A DNA stretch of 64,000 nucleotides from Salinispira sp. (GCA_965226555.1 CBDDDG010000012.1:126388-190387), one strand, 5' to 3'; counted from the first letter of the stretch, positions 40,127-52,638 are shown. Program-made: numbers and translations. Notes: generated by a model not told the origin, from the sequence alone.

Positions 40127-40981
40127 ATGAGTAGACATACTGATAAAGACATGAACTATTTCTTTGCATCGTTTTATCATTTCACAGAACTTGAGAATTT
40201 GCCCCGTCTCAGAGATGAATTTCTCTCGTATCGCGGCGACATTCTGGGGCTTATCATTCTGGCAGATGAGGGAATAAACGGAACTATTGCCGGTTCTCGG
40301 GAAATTGTTACATCCTTCGTCAGCCGTTTGTGCGGCAAACTGGGTCTGGATGAAGAACTTGTGAAACACTCCCAGGCAGTAATGAAACGAAAGCCTTTCA
40401 GAAGGCTCAAAATCAAAATAAAGGATGAAATTGTTACCTCAGGAATTCCGAATCTGGATGTTGAAAAATTCAAGGGAAGATATGTTGAACCGGACAATTG
40501 GAATGAATTTATCAATGACCCTGATGTATTGCTTGTTGATGTACGAAACGTATATGAACATAGAATTGGAACCTTTGCGGGCGCCCGGGATCCGAAGACT
40601 TTGAATTTCAGACAGTTCCCGCAGGCCATTGAGAAGATTATTGCTGAAGAGCAACCGGAAAAAATTGCAATGTTCTGCACAGGCGGAATACGCTGTGAAA
40701 AGGCATCGGCCTACCTGCGGCAGCGCGGATTTGATAATGTGTATCATTTACACGGCGGAGTTATTCGCTATCTTGAACAGGTCTCTGCGAAGAACAGCTT
40801 GTGGAATGGAAAATGCTTTGTATTCGATGGAAGAATTACCGTTAACCACAACCTTGAAGCTGAACCGGAACCGCTATGCAGGGTTTGCGGTCAGGTAATG
40901 CTGAAGTCGCCTGAATCCGGTGAATATGAGTGCTATCAATGTATTGAATATCCCATGAAATCCGGCGCTGCCGAACAGTAA
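40127..40981 (+). CDS. trhO: Rhodanese-domain tRNA hydroxylase TrhO/YceA-like
   Basis: FYHF, EGINGT, DVRN.YE..IG.F, FCTGGIRCEKAS, GKCFVFD.R. Confidence 0.85.
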   Translation: MSRHTDKDMNYFFASFYHFTELENLPRLRDEFLSYRGDILGLIILADEGINGTIAGSREIVTSFVSRLCGKLGLDEELVKHSQAVMKRKPFRRLKIKIKDEIVTSGIPNLDVEKFKGRYVEPDNWNEFINDPDVLLVDVRNVYEHRIGTFAGARDPKTLNFRQFPQAIEKIIAEEQPEKIAMFCTGGIRCEKASAYLRQRGFDNVYHLHGGVIRYLEQVSAKNSLWNGKCFVFDGRITVNHNLEAEPEPLCRVCGQVMLKSPESGEYECYQCIEYPMKSGAAEQ

Positions 40982-41073
40982 GCTGTTGCCATATAGTTGC
41001 CGGTCTATTGAATATCCCATGAAATCCGCAGCCGGTGCCGAACAGTAATTTTGCTGATCGGATGTGTCAAAAA

Positions 41074-41089
41074 TGTTTCACGTGAAACA
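41074..41089. promoter_or_regulatory. parS site
   Basis: Perfect TGTTTCACGTGAAACA palindrome about 1 kb from parA. Confidence 0.92.
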
Positions 41090-41139
41090 TTTGTTGAATT
41101 GCAACGTTTCATTAGCCGCTGCGGGCTATGAAACTGCTC

Positions 41140-43124
41140 CTAATACCATGACGGCACATTCCCATTCTCGGTGTTCACACCGGAATCCGTAAACATATCT
41201 GTTTTGTTTCCGGTATATTTGCCAGAAGCATTGAGCTTGTTGCCAGTTTCGGGCGTCCAATGTTCCTTCCACTCCTCAAGATCGCCGGTAAATACGCTTG
41301 CAGCATAGAACATAAGGCTCATAGTCGTTACCGAACTGACATCCCAGTTTGAGATATCGCCATTAAATGTCCTTGTGCTCAGGAACATATTGCGCATAGT
41401 CGTTACCTTACTGACATCCCAGTTATTAAGATCGCGATTAAACATCGCCGCGGAATAGAACATATTGCTCATATCCGTTACCGAGCTGACATCCCATCCT
41501 GAGATATTACCATTGAATGCGTCTGCGTTATTGAACATATCGCTCATAGTCGTTACCGAGCTGACATTCCAGCCATTAAGATCGACATTGAATGCGTTTG
41601 TGTCCTTGAACATATCGCTCATATCCGTTACTAAGCTGACATTCCAGCCATTAAGATTGCCATTGAATGCGTCTGCTTTATCGAACATATGGCTCATATC
41701 TGTTACCGCTGTAGTATTCCAGAGTAAAATGTCGCCATTGAATTCTCTTTTCTCCTTGAACACCTCGGACATGTCCGTTATTGCCGTGGTAATAATGTAG
41801 TTGAGATCGGCAGTTTGTCCCCAAGTTGATATCCCCGTAGCTACCGCGGCGTCCAGTGCAGCGTTATCAGCAGGACTCACGGCAACATAAAACTTTTCGG
41901 TAAACGTGTTTTCTCCTCCGGTTGCGCCGGATACCACATATGTTCCTGCCGTTGTTGTTGCGGTAACCGTAATAACTCCGGTACTTGAGTCAACTGTCGG
42001 GGAGGTAACATCTGCGGGCGTAGTTGGGGTGGTGGCCGTAGCCAAAGTAACGGTGAGGCTCTCATCGGCAATTTGGGTGTCAATAGCAGCCGAAAGAATG
42101 ACGGAGGCTGCCGTACCAAAGGGAACCTGTGTCGCAGAAGGCAGCAGTCTTCTCGTTGCAGGCGCAGACCAGCCGCCATTACCCACCGCGTTGACGGCGC
42201 GCACCCGTACGTGGTAGATGGTGCCGTTTGTCAGCCCGGTAATGGTGGAGCTCGCTGCAGTAATGTCGGAAGCGGTAGTCACATCCAGCCAACTTCCTTC
42301 CGGGTCGGTAACTTCGCGATATTGCAGTTCATAGCGAAGAATGGGGCTGCCGTTGTCATTGGGCGCTGTCCATGCTCCCTCAAGTTCGGTGTTTCCGGCT
42401 GTGAGCGTGAGAGCTGTCGGCGCATCGGGAATGGCAATAGGGGTTGCGGTGTCAGTCGCTGGGTTGCCATTGCCCTGACCAGTGACAGCGTAGACCCGCA
42501 CCTCGTAAGGGGTGCCGTTTGTCAGGGATGTGATGACGGACTCCAGAGGGTTTGCATCCGCAGCTATAGAAACGGGATTTTCCCACGCGCGTGCTCCAAC
42601 TTCGCGATATTGCCGTTCATAGCGGGTAATGGCGCTGCCGCCAGTATTGGTCGGCGCAGCCCATGTTGCGGTAATTTGCGTATCGTCCGCTGCGAGCGTA
42701 AAATTATTCGGCTTCGTGGGAACGGTAATAGGTATTGCGCCATCGCTCAATTCCGACCAGTCGCCTGCGCCCGCGCTGTTCCCTGCGCGCACCTGCGCGA
42801 CGTATTCGGTGCCGTTTGTCAGGTTCGTGATGATGGTCTCTGTGGCTGGCGCGGGGATTTCGATAATATCCGACCAGCTGATCCCGCCGTCATCGCTATG
42901 GCGAAGTTCATACGCGGTAATGTCGCTGCCGCCAGTATCGGTCGGCGGAGTCCAGTTAGCCCTTAGTTGAGCATTCCCCGGTTCAAGGCTTGGGGCAGCC
43001 ATCTGGGCTGGCGGGGTCGAATCACCCCCCCCCCCATATTGGGTTCCGGTTCCGGCATTGGACATCCCGCCATCAATGCAATAAATATGAAAAGGGTTCC
43101 CCCTCTCAATAACGTAGTTCGCAT
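41140..43124 (-). CDS. FN3 x3 + BspA/DUF285 lipoprotein; signal peptide out of frame at a G11 tract
   Basis: AAGGAG + ATG at 43124 encodes MRTTLLRGGTLFIFIALMAGCPMPEP; G11 (C11 at 43025-43035) shifts away from the 641-codon body. Confidence 0.85.
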
Positions 43125-43199
43125 AATGTATCTCCTTATGCTATATTATATCACATGGAAATGAGAATGTTTTGGAAATTCATAATTTTCGCCTTTGAA

Positions 43200-45707
43200 T
43201 CAGTCAAAGTTGAGACTGAGCTCGCCGCCATCTTTATTTTCGCCGCCATTTCCGCTTCCATCTTCGCCGCCGCCATCATCCTCATCTCTGACAATTCTGT
43301 CAATGCCGACGAGTATATCCGGTTTCTGAATGTTGAACAGACGAACTCCATGGGTATTACGGTTCTGTACGGTAACAGACGATGCTTTAATCTTTATTAA
43401 TGCGCCGCTGCTTGTAATGAGCATGATGTCATCAGATTCATGTACATTGAGAACACCCGCTATTGCGCCCGTTTTTTCTGTTGTATGATAAATAATTTGA
43501 CCCTTTGTGTTTCTTCCATGTGTTTTGAGAGCATCGCTTTTCAGACGCTTACCGCTTCCATTCTCGGTGATAAAAAGCAGATGAAGTTCCGGATCTGCTT
43601 CAATTGCGCCGGTAAGCTCATCGTCTGGTGAAAGCCGTATGCCAATGACTCCCTGCGTAGCCCTTCCCATGGAGCGGATCATATTCTCATTAAAACGCAG
43701 TCCAAGACCGGAACGGGTAGCAAGAATAATATCTCTGTCGCCGGATGTAAGAATGGCAGATACAATTTTGTCGTTCGGCTGAATGATCATGGCGATAATA
43801 CCGCGGCTCTTCGCGTTGCTGAAATTGCTTGTTGCTACCTTCTTCACAATGCCCTGCGCAGTTGCGAGCAATATGAACTGAGTATTGGTAAAATTCTGAA
43901 GCGGTACGACGGCAGCTACTTCTTCTTCTGTGGATATGCCCAGAAGCGACCGGATATGAGAGCCGCGGCTGTTTCGGGATCCTTCCGGAATTTCATGTAC
44001 CTTGAGGTAGTAGGCCTTGGCCTTACTGGAAATTATAAGAATGTAGTCGTGTGTGGTAGCGACAAAAATGTTCTGAATAAAATCGGTATCGCGGAGATTA
44101 CTCGCGGAAACACCCTTTCCGCCGCGCCCCTGCACCCGGTACGATGTAACAGGAACCCGCTTTATATAGCCCTTATGACTTATGACAACAAGCATGTTTT
44201 CTTTTTGAATAAGGTCTTCAATGTGTGTTTCCTTAATTTCATCGCGGTTAAGTTCTGTGCGGCGCGGCTGATTGAATCGTTCTGTGAGCTCCGAGTTTTC
44301 CTTTCCGACAAGGGCAAGAATGTTTTTATCGCTGGCGAGCAGTTCTTTCAAATGCCGGATAAGAATGGTTAATTCCTTCAGTTCTTCCAGAATCTTCTGG
44401 GTCTCAAGGCTGGTGAGCTTCTGAAGGCGCATGTCGAGTATGGCCTGCGCCTGTATTTCCGAAAGAGTGAACTGTTCGGTAAGCCGGCTTTTTGCTTCCT
44501 TAACGGTAGAGCTTTTTTTTATAACTGCGATAACAGCATCAATGTCGGCAAGGGCAATCTTAAGGCCTTCAAGAATGTGCGCCCGCTCTTCTGCTTTTCT
44601 CAGATCATACTGTGTCCGCCGGATAATGACATCGCGGCGATGTTCAACATAATAGCGGATCATATCTTTCAGAGTGAGAAGTTGCGGTCTTCCGTTAACA
44701 AGCGCCAGTGCATTAACATTGAAATTCATCTGAAGTTGGGTATGATTAAACAGGTTGTTGAGAACAACTTTTGGAATAATTCCCCGTTTCAGCTCAATAA
44801 TAATTCTCATACCGTTTCTATCCGATTCATCTCTGAGATCAGATATGCCATCTATCTTCTTGTCTCTGATCCGGTCGGCAATTTTCATAATGAGATTTGC
44901 CTTGTTCACCTGGTAAGGCAGTTCATGGATAATGATGACAGTTTTTCCGTTTTTTCCCTCTTCCATGCTGAACCGCGAACGGACAGTAATTTTTCCTCTT
45001 CCGGTTTTGTAGGCATCTGTAATGCCCTGTGTACCGAAAATGATGCCCCCGGTCGGAAAATCCGGTCCGCTTATGTGGTTCATGAGCTGATCAATGCTAA
45101 TATCGGGGTTTTCAATAAACGCATGTATGGCAGCGGATATTTCTCCCAAATTATGCGGCGGAATGTTGGTTGCCATTCCAACGGCAATGCCGCTGGTACC
45201 ATTTGCAAGAAGGCAGGGAAAAACAGCAGGAAGAACATGCGGTTCAGTCATGGAATCGTCGTAGTTCGGCTGAAAATCGACAGTTTCCTTATTAATATCC
45301 TTGAGCATCTCGCCGGCAATCACGGCCAGGCGGGCTTCGGTATACCGCATGGCAGCCGGAGGGTCGCCATCTACTGAGCCGAAATTACCCTGCCCCTTAA
45401 TGAGCGGATATCGCAGAGAAAAATTCTGGGCCATGCGGACAAGGGCATCGTAGACGCTCATATCTCCATGGGGGTGATATTTTCCAAGGACATCGCCGAC
45501 AATTCGGGCGCTTTTTTTCGGGGGACGGTCGGAATGGAGTCCCATCTCATTCATTCCGAAGAGAATACGCCGGTGTACAGGTTTCAGCCCGTCACGGACA
45601 TCGGGCAGCGCCCGGGAGACAATTACCGACATTGCATAGTTGAGATACGATGTTTTTACTTCATCTTCTATTGTAATTGGTATGGTCTGGCCAGTTTGAT
45701 TTTCCAT
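43200..45707 (-). CDS. gyrA: DNA gyrase subunit A
   Basis: [29 protein letters not shown], GyrA-box-like QGRGGKG. Confidence 0.97.
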   Translation of the reverse strand: MENQTGQTIPITIEDEVKTSYLNYAMSVIVSRALPDVRDGLKPVHRRILFGMNEMGLHSDRPPKKSARIVGDVLGKYHPHGDMSVYDALVRMAQNFSLRYPLIKGQGNFGSVDGDPPAAMRYTEARLAVIAGEMLKDINKETVDFQPNYDDSMTEPHVLPAVFPCLLANGTSGIAVGMATNIPPHNLGEISAAIHAFIENPDISIDQLMNHISGPDFPTGGIIFGTQGITDAYKTGRGKITVRSRFSMEEGKNGKTVIIIHELPYQVNKANLIMKIADRIRDKKIDGISDLRDESDRNGMRIIIELKRGIIPKVVLNNLFNHTQLQMNFNVNALALVNGRPQLLTLKDMIRYYVEHRRDVIIRRTQYDLRKAEERAHILEGLKIALADIDAVIAVIKKSSTVKEAKSRLTEQFTLSEIQAQAILDMRLQKLTSLETQKILEELKELTILIRHLKELLASDKNILALVGKENSELTERFNQPRRTELNRDEIKETHIEDLIQKENMLVVISHKGYIKRVPVTSYRVQGRGGKGVSASNLRDTDFIQNIFVATTHDYILIISSKAKAYYLKVHEIPEGSRNSRGSHIRSLLGISTEEEVAAVVPLQNFTNTQFILLATAQGIVKKVATSNFSNAKSRGIIAMIIQPNDKIVSAILTSGDRDIILATRSGLGLRFNENMIRSMGRATQGVIGIRLSPDDELTGAIEADPELHLLFITENGSGKRLKSDALKTHGRNTKGQIIYHTTEKTGAIAGVLNVHESDDIMLITSSGALIKIKASSVTVQNRNTHGVRLFNIQKPDILVGIDRIVRDEDDGGGEDGSGNGGENKDGGELSLNFD

Positions 45708-45729
45708 GTGTATTTCCTAAGACCTGAGT

Positions 45730-47682
<1,953 letters not shown>

Positions 47683-47711
47683 TTATACACGATTAGGTAA
47701 AGAAACTAATT

Positions 47712-47809
47712 CAAAGTTTTGCAGAATGCAAAACTTTCTATAAAATGCGAGAATGCTAAGCACAGAGAGTCATTCAAAATGTGAAACTTTTGCATTTTGC
47801 AAAACTTTG
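47712..47809. repeat. Two palindromic repeat units in the gyrB-dnaA spacer
   Basis: CAAAGTTTTGCAGAATGCAAAACTTTC (47712-47738) plus module D; GAAACTTTTGCATTTTGCAAAACTTTG (47783-47809). Confidence 0.85.
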
Positions 47810-47848
47810 TGATAGATTTTATACACTGGATGAGATCGCAAACGGTTA

Positions 47849-49261
47849 GTGCTTATGATAAAAGATAAAAACGATGATTACAGATTGTTCTGGGATGAAG
47901 CAGTAAAGCTTATTCAATCGGAACTCACAAAGCAGGATATGGATCTGTGGTTTAGCAGAGTATGCTACGATAGCTACCGGGACAATACGATTATTGTTTC
48001 GGTTCCATCGAATTTCCATAGAGATCAAATTAAGGCCCGTTATGCTCAGTTAATTGAGACAAAATTATCTGAACTCTCCAACGGATACCTGAACATTGAA
48101 TTTCACATTTCCTCCAATCCCAACGAGAAAACGGCTGCCGCCGCTGCCGTAAAAGCACCCGAGTCAAGCCCTACGGAGAAGAATCCGGGACATCGGCGTA
48201 TCAGCGCTGTTGAAAAGCAGCATCCGCATCTAAAAAAAGAATATATCTTCGATAACTTTGTTATTGGCGAGAACAATGCCTTTGCGGCAAATGCCACAAT
48301 GGCCATAGCAAAAAATCCTGGTACAAGCTACAACCCCTGTTCATTATACGGCGGAGTTGGTCTGGGGAAGACACATCTTCTTCAGTCCATTGGAAATTTT
48401 GCGTACCAGAAGATAATGAATCTGAAAATTGTATATGTAACAATGGAAAATTTCATTAATGAGTTTATTCAGTCCATTCGGAATCGAAAAACCCAGACAT
48501 TCAAGGCAAAATATCGCCATGCCGATATACTTCTCATTGACGATATTCATTTTATTCAGAGAAAGCCGGAAACTCAGGAAGAACTTTTTCATACCTTCAA
48601 TGCCCTGTACGATTCCAACAAGCAGATGGTATTTACCTGCGACCGCCCAATTTCCGAACTTAAGGACCTCAGCGAACGCCTAAAAAGCAGGTTTTCCCGC
48701 GGTCTCACTCTGGATCTGCAGCCGCCGAATTATGAAACTCGTCAGGCCATTCTGAATAAGAAGATCGAACTTGCCGGTTTTTTTCTTCCAGAGGAATCGA
48801 TAAATTTGATATGCGAAAAAATAACCAGCAATGTTCGGGATCTGGAAGCTGCTCTTACCCGGCTTATTGCCTATTCTGAACTCGTTAATAAGCCAATTAC
48901 TCCCGAAATAACGGAGCAGCAGCTGAAAGATTTTTTCACTTCCAGCGCCATTCACCGGAACGTTCCCATAAATATTATTCAGCAGACAGTTGCTGAATAT
49001 TTTGGCGTGCCTGTTAAAGACATGAAGGGAAAACGCCGACAAAACAAAATTGTTATACCGCGTCAGGTGGCAATGTATATCGCGCGTGACATTACAGAGT
49101 ATTCTACTACTGAGCTCGGACTTGAGTTCGGCGGAAGAGATCATACAACTGTTATGTACTCCTGCGATCGAATTGCCGAGCGCATGAAATCGGATCCTTT
49201 CTTTGCCGATCAGGTGGAAGCTCTGAAGAAGAAGGTCATTGAAGCACATAGCAGTACATGA
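47849..49261 (+). CDS. dnaA: Chromosomal replication initiator DnaA
   Basis: YGGVGLGKTHL, LLIDDI, QEELFHTFN, NVRDLE, FGGRDHTTV. Start approximate. Confidence 0.97.
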   Translation: MLMIKDKNDDYRLFWDEAVKLIQSELTKQDMDLWFSRVCYDSYRDNTIIVSVPSNFHRDQIKARYAQLIETKLSELSNGYLNIEFHISSNPNEKTAAAAAVKAPESSPTEKNPGHRRISAVEKQHPHLKKEYIFDNFVIGENNAFAANATMAIAKNPGTSYNPCSLYGGVGLGKTHLLQSIGNFAYQKIMNLKIVYVTMENFINEFIQSIRNRKTQTFKAKYRHADILLIDDIHFIQRKPETQEELFHTFNALYDSNKQMVFTCDRPISELKDLSERLKSRFSRGLTLDLQPPNYETRQAILNKKIELAGFFLPEESINLICEKITSNVRDLEAALTRLIAYSELVNKPITPEITEQQLKDFFTSSAIHRNVPINIIQQTVAEYFGVPVKDMKGKRRQNKIVIPRQVAMYIARDITEYSTTELGLEFGGRDHTTVMYSCDRIAERMKSDPFFADQVEALKKKVIEAHSST

Positions 49262-50646
49262 AAAAAAACCGCAGAACCCTTGTTCAAAACATCGGGAGAA
49301 TTTCCCTTCTGTATCTTTTCCCCGGAATAGTATTGTTTCTCAGCTATCTTGCCATTGATCTCAGAGGTTCAATAGACCCGATTTTTGATCACATATCGCA
49401 GCAAGGTTTTGTGGAAACGTTCTCGGTTGTTTTTCTCCAGGTAGCAGGCGGTACTCCGAAGGCATGGGCGATCATTCTGATATGTGGCGGAATTCAGCTC
49501 ATTCTCATGCGTGTTTTGCCCGGGCGCCCCTTCAGGGGTCCTGCCGCCGATGGTCCGGAGTATCGGAACAATGGTCTAATGGCATTTGTTGTTACCATTG
49601 TTCTCTGGATTGTTGCCGTGTATGCGCTGCGCCTTTTTCCGGCGACAATTATATATGATAACCTCAGAGGAATTATCGGGGCGCTTAATATATGTACGCA
49701 GATTCTCTGCAATATTACGAATTTCAAGGGACGATTCCGCTCTTCCAATCCTGATCGGCTCATTTCAAGTAATCCTCTCCACGATTTTTTCCGGGGCATT
49801 GAGCGTTATCCGTTGGTTATGGGGGTAAATGTCAAGCACTGGATAACATGCCGTTTCGGTATGATGCTCTGGCCGATAATTGTGCTTTCTGCCTGGGACA
49901 GTCAAATGATGTTTTCCGGTTTCAACTGGGCAATGACGAGCTGTGTGCTGCTGCAGATGATGTATATTGCGCGGTTTTTTCTCTGGGAACGGGGCTTTCT
50001 CCATTCTTCCGATATTGTACACAAGCGAATGGGTTTTTATCTCTGCTGGAATTATCTGGTCTGGATTCCCGGATTTTATACCCTCCCGGCTGTGTACCTC
50101 GTGTATAACGCGCCCGAGATTACTGCGGGCGCGGGTATTCTCCTATTCATTGCAGGCACTGCTGCCATTATACTTCTGTACTCCATTGATCGGCAGCGCC
50201 TAGTATTTCGCGACACGAGGGGCAGTGCCCATGTGTTCGGCAAGGCGCCGCGCATTGTTCATGCCCCGCAGACTGCGCAAACCTCACACGCCACGCATGG
50301 CGATGCGCGCTGCGATGCGCGCGGCGAAACACAGGCATCGCAGAACCCGCATGGCAACGTGCGCGGTGAAACGCAGAACCCGCTTCTTCTGGCCTCCGGC
50401 TGGTGGGGTATGGCACGGCACTTGCATTATACGGTCGGAATTTTTGCGGCATTTTTCTGGACAGTGCCTGCGCTCTTCACGAATGTTATTCCGTATTTGT
50501 ACCTGCTGTTTCTCGTTGGTTTTTTTGTATACCGTACGGCAGTTAATGAACGGCGATGCCGGAAAAGATACGGCGATGCATGGCGTGAATATTGCCGACT
50601 CGTTCCGGCGCGGATGCTTCCGGGAATATACGTTTCTCAAAAATAG
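49258..50646 (+). CDS. ERG4/ERG24-family sterol reductase, 7-dehydrocholesterol-reductase-like
   Basis: Multi-TM; DFF.G.E.YP, CRFGMM.W, FF.WE, GFY.CW..LVW.P..YT, LL.SGWWG.ARH.HY, C..RYG..W..YC..VP....PGIY. Confidence 0.85.
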   Translation: MKKNRRTLVQNIGRISLLYLFPGIVLFLSYLAIDLRGSIDPIFDHISQQGFVETFSVVFLQVAGGTPKAWAIILICGGIQLILMRVLPGRPFRGPAADGPEYRNNGLMAFVVTIVLWIVAVYALRLFPATIIYDNLRGIIGALNICTQILCNITNFKGRFRSSNPDRLISSNPLHDFFRGIERYPLVMGVNVKHWITCRFGMMLWPIIVLSAWDSQMMFSGFNWAMTSCVLLQMMYIARFFLWERGFLHSSDIVHKRMGFYLCWNYLVWIPGFYTLPAVYLVYNAPEITAGAGILLFIAGTAAIILLYSIDRQRLVFRDTRGSAHVFGKAPRIVHAPQTAQTSHATHGDARCDARGETQASQNPHGNVRGETQNPLLLASGWWGMARHLHYTVGIFAAFFWTVPALFTNVIPYLYLLFLVGFFVYRTAVNERRCRKRYGDAWREYCRLVPARMLPGIYVSQK

Positions 50647-50756
50647 AGAATGATATAAATCATTCAGGCGAGCTCAATGGTGGTCAATGAGGTACATAAC
50701 TTCATGACCAATTCAACCATACGCGCACCCCTCCTCTCCCGTAGCCCTCCCAACCC

Positions 50757-50906
50757 GAAAAAATTCACACATTATTCAAACTTTTTTCAAATTCTTTTCA
50801 AAAACATAGTTAAAAATGACTTTTCTCCCGTTATAGATATATAAGGGAGAATTCACCATGGGACCATGTCGCCATGGGAACTCCCCTATTCAGAAAAAAA
50901 CGTTCA
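50757..50906 (+). promoter_or_regulatory. Orphan copy of the conserved Rpn upstream leader
   Basis: ACATAGT(C/T)AAAAATGAC..CCCGTTATAGATATA..GAATTCACCATGGGACCATGTCGCCATGGG matches the leaders before 34943 and 36434. Confidence 0.75.
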
Positions 50907-50919
50907 TAAGAAACATTCA

Positions 50920-51011
50920 GAAACTTTTGCATTGGAAAATTGTGCTTGCACAATTTCCAGTAGCAAAACTTTCTAAAAATAGGAGAATGCTCAGCACAAA
51001 GAAAGCATTCC
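50920..51011. repeat. Composite palindromic repeat (B+D)
   Basis: GAAACTTTTGCATTGGAAAATTGTGCTTGCACAATTTCCAGTAGCAAAA identical to the start of 26549-26717. Confidence 0.9.
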
Positions 51012-51030
51012 ATACGAACGCCTTCCCCGA

Positions 51031-51261
51031 TTGAAGGATGATAAAAACGACTACCGAATAATCACGATTGTGATAAACGCTCAATCTGGCATGCACATGA
51101 TGGATCCTGACCCTCGCACAATAGATTTTCAATCATATTTTGACTCAGGTATTCCAATATCCCCCTATTATCAGGTCAACATTGAGAATTTCAGTGACGA
51201 AGAACTGATCTCTGCCTGCGGGGTCATTTCGGCAATGATGTATATGGAGAGAATGTCGTAG
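51031..51261 (+). pseudogene. Probable internal Rpn fragment (copy 1)
   Basis: YYQVNIENFSDEEL....VISAMMYME resembles YDLISENDYSAEQL....MFAAVMYLD of 34943-35947; follows an Rpn leader. Confidence 0.45.
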
Positions 51262-51542
51262 CAACCGAAATAGAAGAGTAACTGCGCAGCTTTCTGAATG
51301 ATGGCTGCCCGATTGTGCCCGCGGTGCATAACTTCATAAGTGATCACAGTCCACGAACAGGTTTTGATAATCTTGCCGACTATTAAGCGACTTCCGTTTT
51401 TGAGATTCAATTCCAATATAACTGACCAACTTCCCAATCCGCAATCATCTGGGTTGACTCTAGGCCTGAGTCATCTATGAATTTGTAAGAAAATTTTTTT
51501 ACCAGTGTTATTTCGTGTTTTATATCATTAAAAAGATAATTT

Positions 51543-51687
51543 TGCGCTTCCTCGGGAATGCGCGGAATAGGAAGGAAGTCTACATATTATGTAATCCATC
51601 TGCAAGAATCTGCTCCAAGGCTGAAGCAATGAGAAATACATAATGCTTTAACGTTTTTGGGTTTAATATCGATAACAAATACTTATT
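51543..51687 (-). pseudogene. Decayed alternative C-terminal (TaqI_C-like) segment of the R-M gene
   Basis: NKYLLSILN...IAS/LGADSCRWIT*YVDFLPIPRIPEEAQ; 51546-51575 matches 54295-54324 at 29/30 nt. Confidence 0.7.
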
Positions 51688-51951
51688 GAAAGTTTTGCCG
51701 CAGGAAAAACTTTATCAATGCAAAAGTTTCTTGTTGTTTTATTTACCCGGATACTCTTTCTGATTTTTTCTTCGGCGGATGGTGAATTTCTCCCGAAAGT
51801 TGAAGTTCATGGTCAGTACGGGCAATTAATGAAAACATGACAAAGTTTTGCCTGTGGCAAAACTTTCTATACCTTGAGAGAATCAAGAATATAAATGAGA
51901 GAACCCGTATTGGAAAATTGTGCTTGCACAATTTCCAGTAGCAAAAGTTTC
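51688..51951. repeat. Two palindromic repeats (51688-51730, 51841-51951) bracketing a 110-bp duplication
   Basis: 51731-51840 recurs at 51952-52061 with two substitutions. Confidence 0.9.
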
Positions 51952-51963
51952 TTGTTGTTTTAT

Positions 51964-52638
51964 TTACCCAGATACTCTTTCTGATTTTTTCTTCAGCGGA
52001 TGGTGAATTTCTCCCGAAAGTTGAAGTTCATGGTCAGTACGGGCAATTAATGAAAACATGAGATGATCCAGACCACGTTTAATATCTCGGTTGTCGGCCT
52101 TTAGCTCGCGCATTTCCCCTTTTATTTCCTGTATGGATTCTCGGGTTTCTGTTTTGAAATCATCAAACTGCTTTTGAGACAGCTTCAGAGATTCCTGTAT
52201 GGATTCTCGGGTTTCTGTTTTAAATTCCTGTATGGATTCTCGGGTTTCTGTTTTGAAATCATCAAATTGCTTTTGAGATTCCTGTATTGTTCCCCTGAGT
52301 TCCTGTATGGATTCTCGGGTTTCTGTTTTGAATTCCTGTATGGATTCCTTGGTTTCTGTTTTAAATTCCTGTATGGATTCTCGGGTTTCTGTTTTAAATT
52401 CCTGTATGGATTCCCTGTTTTCAGCCCGAGTTTCATCAAATTGCTTTTGAGACAGCTTCATGAATTCCTGTATGAATTCACGGGTTTCTGTTTTGAATTC
52501 CTGTATGAATTCCCTGTTTTCCGCTCGGGTTTCATCAAATTGCTTTTGAGACGGCCGTATAATAAGAGCAATTACTATGTTCAGCAGAGTAAAAACGCCA
52601 AATGCGAACAAGAGCTGAATGATGCTGAGAGTTTCCAT
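51964..52638 (-). CDS. Membrane-anchored coiled-coil protein with 11-aa repeats
   Basis: N-terminal hydrophobic helix; 33-bp units encoding ESIQEFKTETR. Confidence 0.75.
   Translation of the reverse strand: METLSIIQLLFAFGVFTLLNIVIALIIRPSQKQFDETRAENREFIQEFKTETREFIQEFMKLSQKQFDETRAENRESIQEFKTETRESIQEFKTETKESIQEFKTETRESIQELRGTIQESQKQFDDFKTETRESIQEFKTETRESIQESLKLSQKQFDDFKTETRESIQEIKGEMRELKADNRDIKRGLDHLMFSLIARTDHELQLSGEIHHPLKKKSERVSG

Noticed and set aside
51031..51060. Similarity of MKDDKNDYRI to the DnaA N-terminus (IKDKNDDYRL)
   Set aside because: Short, low-complexity match that does not extend.
51731..52061. DGR template/variable repeat pair
   Set aside because: Only two differences and no reverse transcriptase in the window; better explained by repeat-associated duplication.
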